From Trueperaceae bacterium (GTDB lineage Bacteria; Deinococcota; Deinococci; Deinococcales; Trueperaceae), in contig JBBDRK010000054.1 in the NCBI GenBank assembly GCA_040905465.1, forward strand, positions 12,697 through 76,696: a DNA stretch of 64,000 nucleotides. The letters are read 5' to 3'. Below, one piece after another: positions 20,365-29,434 of this stretch. Both the position numbers and the translations under genes were made by a program. The notes below the pieces were generated by a model. That model had not been told where the DNA came from, ran no database searches, and worked only from the letters and a program-made list of their open reading frames with translations. Every line of letters begins with the position of its first letter. Position 1 is the first letter of the stretch.

Positions 20365-21387
20365 ATGACCCGGCCAGACAGCTATCGACTAGACAGCAAC
20401 AGAACAGACGGCAACAGACCGGACAGCGACCTCCACGAGGCGGGACGAGTTCCCGCCGACATGGTGAGGCACCGCAGGTCCGGCGTCGCAAGCGCAATCC
20501 AGGAGGCCCCTCGCGTCGGCGAGAAGGTGCTCGATCGAAGCGGGGACTCTCTCATCGCCGCCGGCCGGGCGTTACACCAGATGGTGCTGCGCGGCGGAGA
20601 GCGGTCGCGCCGAACGGCTGATCTGCTGCACGGGACCTGGTTGGGTCACCCGCTGCATCCGGTACTCACCGACATCACCATCGGCGCCTGGACGTTCGGC
20701 GCCGTGTTCGACGGGGTCGGGGCCGTGACAGGGGATCGCCGCACGCAGCAGTTCGGTGACCGGCTCACCGCCATCGGTACCGCTTCCGCCATTCCGACCG
20801 CCCTGGCCGGAATTACCGACTACTCGACCGTTCCCAAACCCGCCGCCCGCACGGCGACAGTGCACGCCGTCCTCAACGGCACGTCGCTCGGTCTTTACGC
20901 CCTCTCGCTCTATCAGCGGAGGAAGGGGCGTCGCGGGAGCGGCCTGGCGTTGTCCGCCGTCGCTCTCGGGGCGACCATGTTCTCGGCATGGCTGGGTGGT
21001 CACCTCGTGTATCGCGACCGCGTCGGAGTCGACCACGGCGAGCGTTTCGACGGCCCTCGCCAGTGGACGGGCGTGCTGGAGGCGGGTGCACTCGAAGTCG
21101 GCGGGTCCAGACGGGTGGAGGTCGATGGCAAGGCGGTAATGCTTTACCGAGACAGCCGGCGGGTCTACGCGATCGGCGCTGTGTGCAGCCATGCAGCGGG
21201 CCCGCTGGAGGAGGGTGAGGTTCGGGGATGCTTCGTTCAGTGCCCGTGGCACGACTCTGTCTTCGACATGCGTGACGGCTCGTTGAAGCACGGCCCGGCT
21301 ACCGCTCCGCAAGCGGCATTCGAGACGCGGATCAGCGGCGGCCGGATCGAACTGAGGGTTGCCAACGAACCGGCCGGGACGCACTGA
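20365..21387 (+). CDS. DUF2231 membrane domain fused to a Rieske [2Fe-2S] domain
   Basis: LHGTWLGHPLHP, WLGGHLVY; CSHAAG...CPWHDS. Confidence 0.9.
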   Translation: MTRPDSYRLDSNRTDGNRPDSDLHEAGRVPADMVRHRRSGVASAIQEAPRVGEKVLDRSGDSLIAAGRALHQMVLRGGERSRRTADLLHGTWLGHPLHPVLTDITIGAWTFGAVFDGVGAVTGDRRTQQFGDRLTAIGTASAIPTALAGITDYSTVPKPAARTATVHAVLNGTSLGLYALSLYQRRKGRRGSGLALSAVALGATMFSAWLGGHLVYRDRVGVDHGERFDGPRQWTGVLEAGALEVGGSRRVEVDGKAVMLYRDSRRVYAIGAVCSHAAGPLEEGEVRGCFVQCPWHDSVFDMRDGSLKHGPATAPQAAFETRISGGRIELRVANEPAGTH

Positions 21388-21419
21388 GAGGGTGCTCCGG
21401 CGTAGGCTGGGGGACAGGG

Positions 21420-21764
21420 TCATTCGGGCAGGTCCGCTTGCTCGTCGCTCGCTCGAACCTCGAGCCGAATCAGGCTCTCGCTCGGCCGGACCTCCTCGGT
21501 ATTCGCGCCGCAACGCTCGACCGCGGTAATTTCCACCTCCAGGCTCACTTCGTCCCAACGCCGGGCCTCGGCCGTCTCGTCGCAGGCAGGTCCCTGGTAG
21601 GTAAGCGCCGCGCCGGGCCGGAAGAGCTCTCGCAGATCGTCGTAACCGAGGCTCCCCGTGTGAGGCCGCCACGCGCCACGACCACGCACTATTGCGCCGG
21701 ATGCGTCTCGGACCAGCGTCAGGCCACCCAAACCGTCGAGCAGCCCCAGTTTGCACTCCCCCAA
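21420..21764 (-). CDS. Hypothetical protein
   Basis: 114-aa ORF with protein-like composition and no recognised motif. Confidence 0.45.
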   Translation of the reverse strand: MGECKLGLLDGLGGLTLVRDASGAIVRGRGAWRPHTGSLGYDDLRELFRPGAALTYQGPACDETAEARRWDEVSLEVEITAVERCGANTEEVRPSESLIRLEVRASDEQADLPE

Positions 21765-21803
21765 CCGCGGTGGGTAGCGTACTGCAGTGTCGGCGGTTTC
21801 CGT

Positions 21804-21878
21804 ACCGTCGCTTTCGGCACCATAGATGTCGGCACCGTCGCTTTCGGCACCGTCGTTTACGACACTGTCGAGTTCGTG
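21804..21878. repeat. 15-bp degenerate tandem repeat, 5 copies
   Basis: ACCGTCGCTTTCGGC / ACCATAGATGTCGGC / ACCGTCGCTTTCGGC / ACCGTCGTTTACGAC / ACTGTCGAGTTCGTG. Confidence 0.8.
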
Positions 21879-22156
21879 GCTCGTGATCGCTCACCCCTTC
21901 GCTTGCCGCCGTCAAACCCGGTCAGAACCGGCCTGACTGGCATAGCAGCACCGGCGTTGCGCCCCCGGCTGGAGATCAGCTTAGGGCGCCAACTTGTGTC
22001 AATGCGGAGAGGATGATGAGGGCCGACTGCATGCGTGCCTCGGTCCTCCCGGTAAGCCGCTTCCCGGCGGTATCCCTGCTTGCATCCGCCGTTCATGTTC
22101 GCTCATCGGCACCGAGGCCGCGCTATTGGCCGAACGTCCTGAACGTCTACACCTGC

Positions 22157-22185
22157 TTGCGTCACCCCCTCGCGTGAGCTATAAT
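22157..22185 (+). promoter_or_regulatory. Sigma70-type promoter for rplU-rpmA-obgE
   Basis: TTGCGT-17 nt-TATAAT. Confidence 0.7.
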
Positions 22186-22370
22186 CTTCTTTCTGGCGGC
22201 AGCGCGCCGACCGAGCCGGACTGCTCAGCTTGCAGTTCAATGGCCGATAGGAGCGCACGGCCAATGGCGCTCCACAAAGTACGGCGCATGATCCGAGCAT
22301 GGGTGGACGGAGTGGGGCCAAGTTCGTGCGATTCAGAATGGACCGGCACGGTTCGTGGAGGTAGCAGAGC

Positions 22371-22676
22371 ATGTTCGCAATAATCAAGTCTGGCGGCAAG
22401 CAGTACCGCGTGAGCGAGGGCGAGGTCCTCAGGCTGGAAGGCCTGGCGGCCGAGCCGGGTGAAACAGTCGAACTGCCGGTTCTGATGACCGGTGGCGACA
22501 GCGTTCGCGTCGGTACGCCCTTGGTCGACGGAGCCGTGGTCAAGGCCGAAGTGCTCTCGCACGGTCGCGGTGCCAAGCTGCACATCTACAAGTTCAAGGC
22601 GAAGGCCAATTACCGGCGCAAGACCGGCCACCGCCAGCCCTATACTGAAGTCCGGATAACCGGGCTCGAGGGCTAG
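22371..22676 (+). CDS. rplU: 50S ribosomal protein L21
   Basis: MFAIIKSGGKQYRV...GHRQPYT. Confidence 0.98.
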   Translation: MFAIIKSGGKQYRVSEGEVLRLEGLAAEPGETVELPVLMTGGDSVRVGTPLVDGAVVKAEVLSHGRGAKLHIYKFKAKANYRRKTGHRQPYTEVRITGLEG

Positions 22677-22703
22677 GCGCCGAGCGATAGCGAGGAGACC
22701 GCC

Positions 22704-22982
22704 ATGGCACACAAAAAGGGCGTAGGTAGTTCAAAGAACGGGCGCGACAGTGAGTCCAAGCGTCTGGGCGTAAAACGTTTCGACGGGCAGGTCGTGACCG
22801 CCGGCAGCATCATCGTGCGCCAACGCGGTACCCGCTTCCACCCGGGCAGAAACGTCGGGGTCGGCAAGGACTTCACGTTGTTCGCACTCCGCGACGGCGT
22901 TGTCAGTTTCCGTAATCACGGTGCCAAGGGGCGATTCGTGAACATCATAGGTACCGATTCGGAGGCGCTGGCCGCCGACTGA
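22704..22982 (+). CDS. rpmA: 50S ribosomal protein L27
   Basis: [22 protein letters not shown]. Confidence 0.99.
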   Translation: MAHKKGVGSSKNGRDSESKRLGVKRFDGQVVTAGSIIVRQRGTRFHPGRNVGVGKDFTLFALRDGVVSFRNHGAKGRFVNIIGTDSEALAAD

Positions 22983-23103
22983 GGTTTCAGCGTACGCGCG
23001 GGTTGCGCACAGCAGGGACACCCTGTTGCTGCCTCTCGCTACACATCGGGACACGTCAGGACACGCGGCTCTCCGGGGCCGCGTTCGTTCGTCGAGGAGC
23101 AAA

Positions 23104-24519
23104 GTGGCATTCAGGGATACGCTCGATATAGTTGTTCAGGGTGGAAAGGGCGGCGACGGTGGCCTCTCTTTCCTGCGCCTGAAATACATGCCCAAAGGCG
23201 GCCCGGACGGCGGTCACGGGGGCGACGGCGGGAGCGTGTACCTGGAAGCGGTCGAAGATGTCACGTCGCTCGACCGGCTGTTGGGGCGCAGCTCCTACAG
23301 GGCCGAGACGGGTATGCAGGGCGAGGGCAGGAACAAGGCCGGCACCAGCGGCAAAGACCTGACTCTGCCGGTGCCGGTTGGCACTACCGTGCTCGACCGC
23401 GACAGCGGAGAGACGGTGGCCGACCTAGTGGAGGTGGGGGAACGGGCGCTGGTCGCGCGGGGCGGCTTGGGCGGCCGCGGTAATGCGTCTTTCGCCTCGT
23501 CACGAAGGCAGGCGCCGCGCTTCCATGAGTATGGGACGCCCGGCGAGAGGCGGCGACTGCATCTGGAGTTGCGGACCATTGCCGATGCCGGGCTGGTCGG
23601 TTATCCCAACGCCGGTAAGTCGAGCCTGCTGGCTGCCCTGTCGAACGCCAGGCCGGCTATCGCCTCGTATCCGTTTACTACCCTCTCCCCGAACCTGGGA
23701 GTGGTCGAAAGCAAGTCTGACCGGCTCACTCTGGCAGACATACCGGGCATCATCGAAGATGCTCACAAGGGCAAGGGACTCGGTCTCGAGTTCCTGCGTC
23801 ACATATCCCGAACCAGACTTCTCGTTTTCGTCCTGGACATCGCCGAGGAGCCGCGCGAGCAACTGGAGGCGCTGCGGCACGAGATCCGGGAGTACGATCC
23901 GGTGTTGCTGGAGCTTCCCGCGCTCGTCGTGCTCAACAAGACGGATCTGGCCGAGTCGACCGAGATCGGCGAGATCGAGAAGCAGGTTGCGCAGTCCGGT
24001 ATGCCGGTAGTGACCACGTCGGCCGAACGGAGCGACGGACTCGATACTCTGCGGGACGCCCTGTTCGCTCTGCTGCCCGAGCGACCCGTGATCGTTGCCA
24101 GAGACCAGAAGGTGTCTACCGTACGTGCCGAGCCGATCCAGGTTCAGCGGGACATGGCGGGCACCGGCTGGCGGGTGACCGGCGAGGAGCTAGAAAACGT
24201 GGTCGCCCGTTTCGACCCCGGCAACAGCGAAGCTGTCGCCTATCTGCAGCACCACTTCAAGTCGATGGGGGTCAACCGCCTGCTGGCCAGGGCCGGTGCC
24301 CAGGACGGCGAAGAGGTCCACATAGGCGGTGCGGTGTTCGAGTATTTCGACGAGGCGGCTGCGGACGAGACGCGTGCCTCGGAAGCACGTGCCGACAAGG
24401 CTCGTGGACGAGAGCATCGAGCCGAACAGAGCGGGAACAGTGTTACGGAGGTCGACGAAGCCGATGAGCCGGAGTCCTCGGGCGACGGTTACGGATCCGC
24501 CGGTGACGAAGACGCCTAA
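23104..24519 (+). CDS. obgE: GTPase ObgE/CgtA
   Basis: Gly-rich Obg domain, [25 protein letters not shown] after GAGGAG. Confidence 0.97.
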   Translation: MAFRDTLDIVVQGGKGGDGGLSFLRLKYMPKGGPDGGHGGDGGSVYLEAVEDVTSLDRLLGRSSYRAETGMQGEGRNKAGTSGKDLTLPVPVGTTVLDRDSGETVADLVEVGERALVARGGLGGRGNASFASSRRQAPRFHEYGTPGERRRLHLELRTIADAGLVGYPNAGKSSLLAALSNARPAIASYPFTTLSPNLGVVESKSDRLTLADIPGIIEDAHKGKGLGLEFLRHISRTRLLVFVLDIAEEPREQLEALRHEIREYDPVLLELPALVVLNKTDLAESTEIGEIEKQVAQSGMPVVTTSAERSDGLDTLRDALFALLPERPVIVARDQKVSTVRAEPIQVQRDMAGTGWRVTGEELENVVARFDPGNSEAVAYLQHHFKSMGVNRLLARAGAQDGEEVHIGGAVFEYFDEAAADETRASEARADKARGREHRAEQSGNSVTEVDEADEPESSGDGYGSAGDEDA

Positions 24520-24601
24520 CGGGATATCGGCAGGCGGTTGGGTAGCTGCCTAGCGGGCCTCCCCTGGCTACGAGGCTCAGTGCTATCGTTCTATCGGGTG
24601 C

Positions 24602-24657
24602 GCCCGGGTGAAGGCATCCAGGTGAAGGCGCCCGGGCGGAGGCGGCCCGGTGATACG
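24602..24657. repeat. 14-bp degenerate tandem repeat, 3-4 copies
   Basis: GCCCGGGTGAAGGC / ATCCAGGTGAAGGC / GCCCGGGCGGAGGC / GGCCCGGTGATACG. Confidence 0.65.
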
Positions 24658-24847
24658 GTTAGCCCGTATCGTGCCGTGAACGTGATTAGATAGTGGAGGG
24701 GCGTACCTCGATACTGGGGTGTCGTGTCGCTATCTCGTGTTCGTCTCCACGGTCGATTGAGCGCGATCGCGGGATTGGGGACGATCGACCGGGCCAGACG
24801 CCGACCACCTCGTCGGAACGTTCGGCCGCTATCTCGATCAGCCAGTA

Positions 24848-25453
24848 GTGGGAGAGGATCACTTGCAGGAAGCCTTCTTCGCAGTCAGCACTCCATTCGA
24901 TCGGTCCGGTGTGGCACACTTCCGGACGCGAGTAGAGCGGATGGTCACGCCAGCTCGCTTCCAACATATTCTCAGAGTGGCTGGCTTGGCCCAGTCGATT
25001 GCCGCCGGCAACGGTTTCGACGATGGAGAAAGGCACTGCACGCTGTTGGGTGCAGTGCTTCACGACGCCGCGCGTGACCTGCCGGCCGAGGAACTGTTTC
25101 GGCTGGCGCCGCCTCGCAACGACCTCGAGAGTCGTCATCCGCTGGCCGTCCACGGCCGGGCAGGACGGGCTCTGGCAGAGCAGTGGGGCGTGCACGATCA
25201 CAGGGTTCTGGGTGCGATAAGTGGCCATGTATTCGGTGTCGCGCCCGACGACCGAGTCGGCATGGCTGTGTATGTCGCCGATGTCTCCGAGCCGGGTCGT
25301 GGAGTCAACGAAGACATCCGAGAGATGGCCATCTGCGACCTGGCGGTTGCCTATCGACTGGCTGTCGAGACGAAGGTCCTCTACCTGCAGAGCAACGGCA
25401 AGGCCGTGCATCCCGAGACGCTGAAGGTGTATGAAGAGATTCATAACGCCTGA
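24848..25453 (+). CDS. yqeK: HD-family Ap4A hydrolase YqeK
   Basis: RFQHILRV, LHDAAR, HGRAG, YVADVSEPGR; obg-rsfS neighbourhood. Confidence 0.85.
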   Translation: MGEDHLQEAFFAVSTPFDRSGVAHFRTRVERMVTPARFQHILRVAGLAQSIAAGNGFDDGERHCTLLGAVLHDAARDLPAEELFRLAPPRNDLESRHPLAVHGRAGRALAEQWGVHDHRVLGAISGHVFGVAPDDRVGMAVYVADVSEPGRGVNEDIREMAICDLAVAYRLAVETKVLYLQSNGKAVHPETLKVYEEIHNA

Positions 25454-26735
25454 CAACTCGCGATGGGCGCAACTCGCGGGCCTTGTGCTCGCTATCATCG
25501 GCCTGTGCGGGTTCTGGCTTACGCGTGACGTAGAGCGCGTGACGCTGACGCCCGAGCAGCAGGCGCTGGTCAACCCGGCGGGTGAAGACTTCCATGCCAG
25601 TTTCGTAGTGGCCGGTCGTGACTACGATATCGACAGCTACGCCAGTCCGTGTGAGTGGGACGGCGATACATGCGTGCGGGAACATGCCGGGACGTTCCGT
25701 CTCGGCGGCAGAACCGACACCATCCTCTATGTGAACATCGCCGGCGACGATCTCAGCCTGATCGCGATCCCTCGCGACGTCTGGCTTCCGCAGTGGAAGG
25801 CGCGCATCAACTCCATGTACGGCTACCAGCGGGCGGAAGGGCTCAAGCGCAGCGTCGAGGAGATCGTCGGCGTGCCCATCGATTACTACGCGATCATCAA
25901 TATCGATATCTTCGAGGACCTGGTCGACGCCGTCGGTGGTGTCGAGGTCAACATCCCCTACGACATGTATTACCGCGACAATGCGGCGGGGTTGGTGATC
26001 GATTTCGATGAAGGGCCGACGCACCTCAGTGGCTCCGATGCCGCCAAGTTCGTTCGTTACCGCAACACCCGCCGTGCCGACTACGACAGGATCGATAACG
26101 TGAAGCGCCTGGCGTACGCCCTGCTGGCCCGCGTGAAGGAGCTGAACGTTCGAGCTGTGGGTACCGTGCCGGCGCTGGTGGACAGCTTCTTCAAGGATGT
26201 CGAGACCAACGCCAGTCCGGCGTTGGTCCGCCAGATACTACCGCGGCTCGCCCGGCTAAGGATCGCCCGCACGGCAACGCTGCCTACCGAGGAGATCGTT
26301 CTCGAGGACGGAAGTCAGGTTCTGGAATACCGGCCCGAAGCGGTCGAGCAGTTCCTGGCCTCTACGCTGGGTGGCACTCCACGCGCCTTGGTGGAGCCGC
26401 CGGCGGCGACCCTGCTGATCACCAATCGCAGTGGCGAGGAGGGGCTGGAGACGTGGTACAGGGAGAGGCTGATCACGCTCGGAGTTCCGGAGGAGCGCGT
26501 GATCACGCGAAGCGCTTCGACCGACCCCGGGCCGTCGCGGCTGCTCGCCACCGGACGCCACTGGCGCGACGCCGACTTCTATTCCGCGCTCCTGAGCGCC
26601 GGCAAGGTGCAGATGGACAGCCTGCCGATAGTAGGCAGGCAGCAGGCCGACCTCGAGTTCGTTCTGGGGCACGACGCCGCCGCGATTCCGGGTCGCAACG
26701 GTGCAGCCGCACTGGCTGAGACGCAAAGGGAGTAG
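25431..26735 (+). CDS. LCP (LytR-CpsA-Psr) family protein
   Basis: N-terminal TM, RTDTI, IPRD, LVDAVGGVEV, FVRYR. Confidence 0.92.
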   Translation: MKRFITPDNSRWAQLAGLVLAIIGLCGFWLTRDVERVTLTPEQQALVNPAGEDFHASFVVAGRDYDIDSYASPCEWDGDTCVREHAGTFRLGGRTDTILYVNIAGDDLSLIAIPRDVWLPQWKARINSMYGYQRAEGLKRSVEEIVGVPIDYYAIINIDIFEDLVDAVGGVEVNIPYDMYYRDNAAGLVIDFDEGPTHLSGSDAAKFVRYRNTRRADYDRIDNVKRLAYALLARVKELNVRAVGTVPALVDSFFKDVETNASPALVRQILPRLARLRIARTATLPTEEIVLEDGSQVLEYRPEAVEQFLASTLGGTPRALVEPPAATLLITNRSGEEGLETWYRERLITLGVPEERVITRSASTDPGPSRLLATGRHWRDADFYSALLSAGKVQMDSLPIVGRQQADLEFVLGHDAAAIPGRNGAAALAETQRE

Positions 26736-26737
26736 AT

Positions 26738-27094
26738 TTGAAAGACAGCACGGCCGTTCCTGAAGAAGTCCAACTCATAGTCGATGCTCTCGACGACCGG
26801 CTTGCCAAGGACATCGTGGTGATGGACCTGCGCGAGGTTTCGGAGACGCTCGACTACTTCATTCTCGCTACCGGTGAGTCGGTTCCGCAGTTGAAGGCCT
26901 TGGAAGACAGCGTGCGGGGCAAGCTCAAGGACAACGGCGTGCGCCCGCGTGGCGTCGAGGGACCGTCCAACCGGTGGATACTGCTCGACTATGGCCATGT
27001 GGTCGCCCATATCATGAGTCCTGATGCACGCGACTTCTACGACCTAGAGGGCCTCTGGGCCGACGCGCAGCGGCTAGAGGTCGTCGCCCGCTGA
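26738..27094 (+). CDS. rsfS: Ribosome silencing factor
   Basis: DYFILATG, WILLDYG, FYDLEGLW. Confidence 0.95.
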   Translation: MKDSTAVPEEVQLIVDALDDRLAKDIVVMDLREVSETLDYFILATGESVPQLKALEDSVRGKLKDNGVRPRGVEGPSNRWILLDYGHVVAHIMSPDARDFYDLEGLWADAQRLEVVAR

Positions 27095-27097
27095 ACC

Positions 27098-27436
27098 TTG
27101 CGCCACTGGGCCGAGGAACTCGCGCGAGATCATCTCGCGGCGCTCGGTTACACGGTCCTCGAGGAAAACTACGTGGTTCGTGGAGGCGAGATCGACCTGG
27201 TGATGCTGCACGACCGCACCCTGGTATTCGTGGAGGTTCGGCAGCGCAACCGCGCCGATTACGGTTCGGCCGGCGAGTCGCTCGCTCCACGCAAGCTTGC
27301 GCTCGTGCGGCGGGCCGCCCGCATGTACCTGGCGAAGCGGTTCGGACGTGATGACCTGCCGGTGCGAATCGACGCCGTACTGGTGCACGGCAGCAAGAGT
27401 CGCAATCGCATCGAGCACCTGACGGGAATTGGCTGA
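27098..27436 (+). CDS. YraN (UPF0102) family nuclease-like protein
   Basis: GEIDLV, FVEVRQR, RIDAV. Confidence 0.9.
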   Translation: MRHWAEELARDHLAALGYTVLEENYVVRGGEIDLVMLHDRTLVFVEVRQRNRADYGSAGESLAPRKLALVRRAARMYLAKRFGRDDLPVRIDAVLVHGSKSRNRIEHLTGIG

Positions 27437-27439
27437 ACG

Positions 27440-28129
27440 GTGCCGGGCACAGGCGCGCGCCTTCTACGCCAAACGATAGGTGCGTCACTCATTTTCTGTG
27501 CCGCCGTGATCTCGTACGCACAGTTCTCGTACGTTCACGCTCAAAGAGCCGGCGGGCTGGAGGGAGTCCGGGTGAGCGAACTGCGTGCCGTCCGCAACTC
27601 GTACCTAGATTACTGGGGGGAATTGGAAGCGAGCGGGGTGGTCGGGCTCGAGCGTTTCGCCCGGACCGTGCAGCGGGTGGTCGACACCCGTGCCGCCGGC
27701 GTTTCCGCCTCCTCCGAGACCGCCGTCCGCCTGATTCTCGACGACCTGGTGGACCTGTTCGTCGATCAGGATTTCCGGCTGGAGAAGGCCGTGGTGATGT
27801 CCACCCCCTCGGTGCTGGCTGGTGACGCGCTGCGAGAAGGTCGGGACGACCTGAACGGTTTCGCTCACCGGTTCCGGGCCGGCGAGGGGAGGTTCCGTCA
27901 CTTCGCGCTCAATGCCGCCGCCGCCTACACTGCGCCGAACGCCCTGGTGGACCTCGCCGCGCGCCTGCGCGGCGGCGACCTGCGGTCGACGTCGCCGGAC
28001 AGCAAGGCGGATACGGCGACCAACCTGGTGGGCAGGGCTTTCGCCGAGCTCCTGCGAGAGAGGCCACTGGCAGAGATAGCGGACGGCCAGGCGGTGCAGT
28101 CGTGGCTGCTCGACCGGTTCGGCGAGTAG
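27440..28129 (+). CDS. Hypothetical exported protein
   Basis: Signal-like N-terminus; FRHF and DSKADTATNLVGR motifs. Confidence 0.7.
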   Translation: MPGTGARLLRQTIGASLIFCAAVISYAQFSYVHAQRAGGLEGVRVSELRAVRNSYLDYWGELEASGVVGLERFARTVQRVVDTRAAGVSASSETAVRLILDDLVDLFVDQDFRLEKAVVMSTPSVLAGDALREGRDDLNGFAHRFRAGEGRFRHFALNAAAAYTAPNALVDLAARLRGGDLRSTSPDSKADTATNLVGRAFAELLRERPLAEIADGQAVQSWLLDRFGE

Positions 28130-28140
28130 GGCGACCTATA

Positions 28141-28773
28141 ATGAGTACCGTGCTCGTGAAGATATGTGGCATCACCAGCCCTCGCGACGCCGAGGCGGCC
28201 GAACGGGCCGGAGCCGACGCGATCGGGCTCATGTTCGTGTCGGAATCTGCGCGCTACATCGACACCGACCGTGCCCGGGAGATCGCGGGCGCGGTCGGCC
28301 CGTCGGTCAGGACCGTGGGAGTCTTCCGCAACGCCCCACTCGAGCGCGTGCTCGACGCTGCCGCCGAACTCCGGTTGGATGCTGTCCAACTGCACGGTGA
28401 CGAGGATGACGCCTACCTGGCGCGGGTTCGCGCGAGCCTCCCGGTGATCCGCGCGCTGTCGTTTCATCCAGGCCTCGGCCGGACTCGGGTCGAGGCGATC
28501 GAGGCCGACGCGGTGTTGCTGGACGGCTTGGTACCGGGCAGCGGCGAGTCCTTCGACTGGAGGCTGGCGAGCGAGCTGCGCGGGTTCTCCCGCCTGGTCC
28601 TGGCGGGCGGCCTGCACCCGGGAAACGTGGCGGCAGGCATCGAGGCCCTGGATCCGTACGGTGTCGACGTGAGTTCCGGGGTGGAGTCGAGTCAGGGGGT
28701 GAAGGACCACGATCTCCTGCGGAAGTTCGTTCAGGCGGCGCGCCCAGGCTCGCGCAAGTCGACGAGCCGATGA
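28141..28773 (+). CDS. trpF: Phosphoribosylanthranilate isomerase
   Basis: VKICGIT, VQLHGDE, LAGGL, VDVSSGVE. Confidence 0.96.
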   Translation: MSTVLVKICGITSPRDAEAAERAGADAIGLMFVSESARYIDTDRAREIAGAVGPSVRTVGVFRNAPLERVLDAAAELRLDAVQLHGDEDDAYLARVRASLPVIRALSFHPGLGRTRVEAIEADAVLLDGLVPGSGESFDWRLASELRGFSRLVLAGGLHPGNVAAGIEALDPYGVDVSSGVESSQGVKDHDLLRKFVQAARPGSRKSTSR

Positions 28774-28852
28774 GCGCTTCCACTGTTGCCAAGTTCGGGA
28801 GCGGAAGCGGGGCCTGCCCGCGTAACACGCGTGCCCGAGAAGGATCTCTCAC

Positions 28853-29024
28853 TTTTCCACACTTATCCACAGGTAACGTCGAGGCTGTGGAAAACACCAA
28901 GACGCGCGTGCTGCACAATGCTCACATAAAGGATGCCGTCCAGGACGCAATAACTCCGGTTTTCACCGAAGTCGATGTTCTAACAGAAACCTCATACTGT
29001 TGTCAAGAGGGTAAGTTATCCACA
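28853..29024. promoter_or_regulatory. DnaA-box cluster
   Basis: TTATCCACA at 28863 and 29016; TTTTCCACA at 28853; inverted TGTGGAAAA at 28886; AT-richer intergenic DNA. Confidence 0.75.
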
Positions 29025-29125
29025 ACACCGGCGAGGCGCGCCGAAGAAGCGATCTGGAGCGTTCCAGGCGTACGAGGCGGCACGTACGAACCACCCTTCA
29101 GCGCCTGGCGGCGGAGGTAGTCGGC

Positions 29126-29434
29126 ATGAAAACGGCAGTCATCAACGACGCTCGCAAGTTCTCGCTCGAGGGCATCCGCAAGAACGAACTGTTGCAGACC
29201 GATGACCTGGACGTCTCCCTGTTGTGCTTCGAAGCCGGTCAACGAGACGAGGAGAGCGTTCACGACTCGAGCTCGCTATATCAGGTGCTCGAGGGCGAGG
29301 CGCTGATCCATCAGGGAGGCGACCGCGAAAGGCTGGGCAAGGGCAAGGTCGTGGCGGTGCCAGCCGGCTTGCCCCACATCCTGGAGAATGCCGGTGGAGG
29401 TCTACTGGTGGTGCTCGCCGCCAGGGTGCGCTGA
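29126..29434 (+). CDS. Cupin domain protein
   Basis: YQVLEGEA, VPAGLPH; GGAGG RBS. Confidence 0.8.
   Translation: MKTAVINDARKFSLEGIRKNELLQTDDLDVSLLCFEAGQRDEESVHDSSSLYQVLEGEALIHQGGDRERLGKGKVVAVPAGLPHILENAGGGLLVVLAARVR

Noticed and set aside
23026-23103. N-terminal extensions in the ORF track (obgE, thyX, aquaporin, menC, nqo15 and others)
   Set aside because: RBS or -10 positions and family N-termini support the shorter starts used here.
28770-29120. 116-aa ORF after trpF
   Set aside because: Atypical codon use and no motif; the region is better explained as a DnaA-box cluster.
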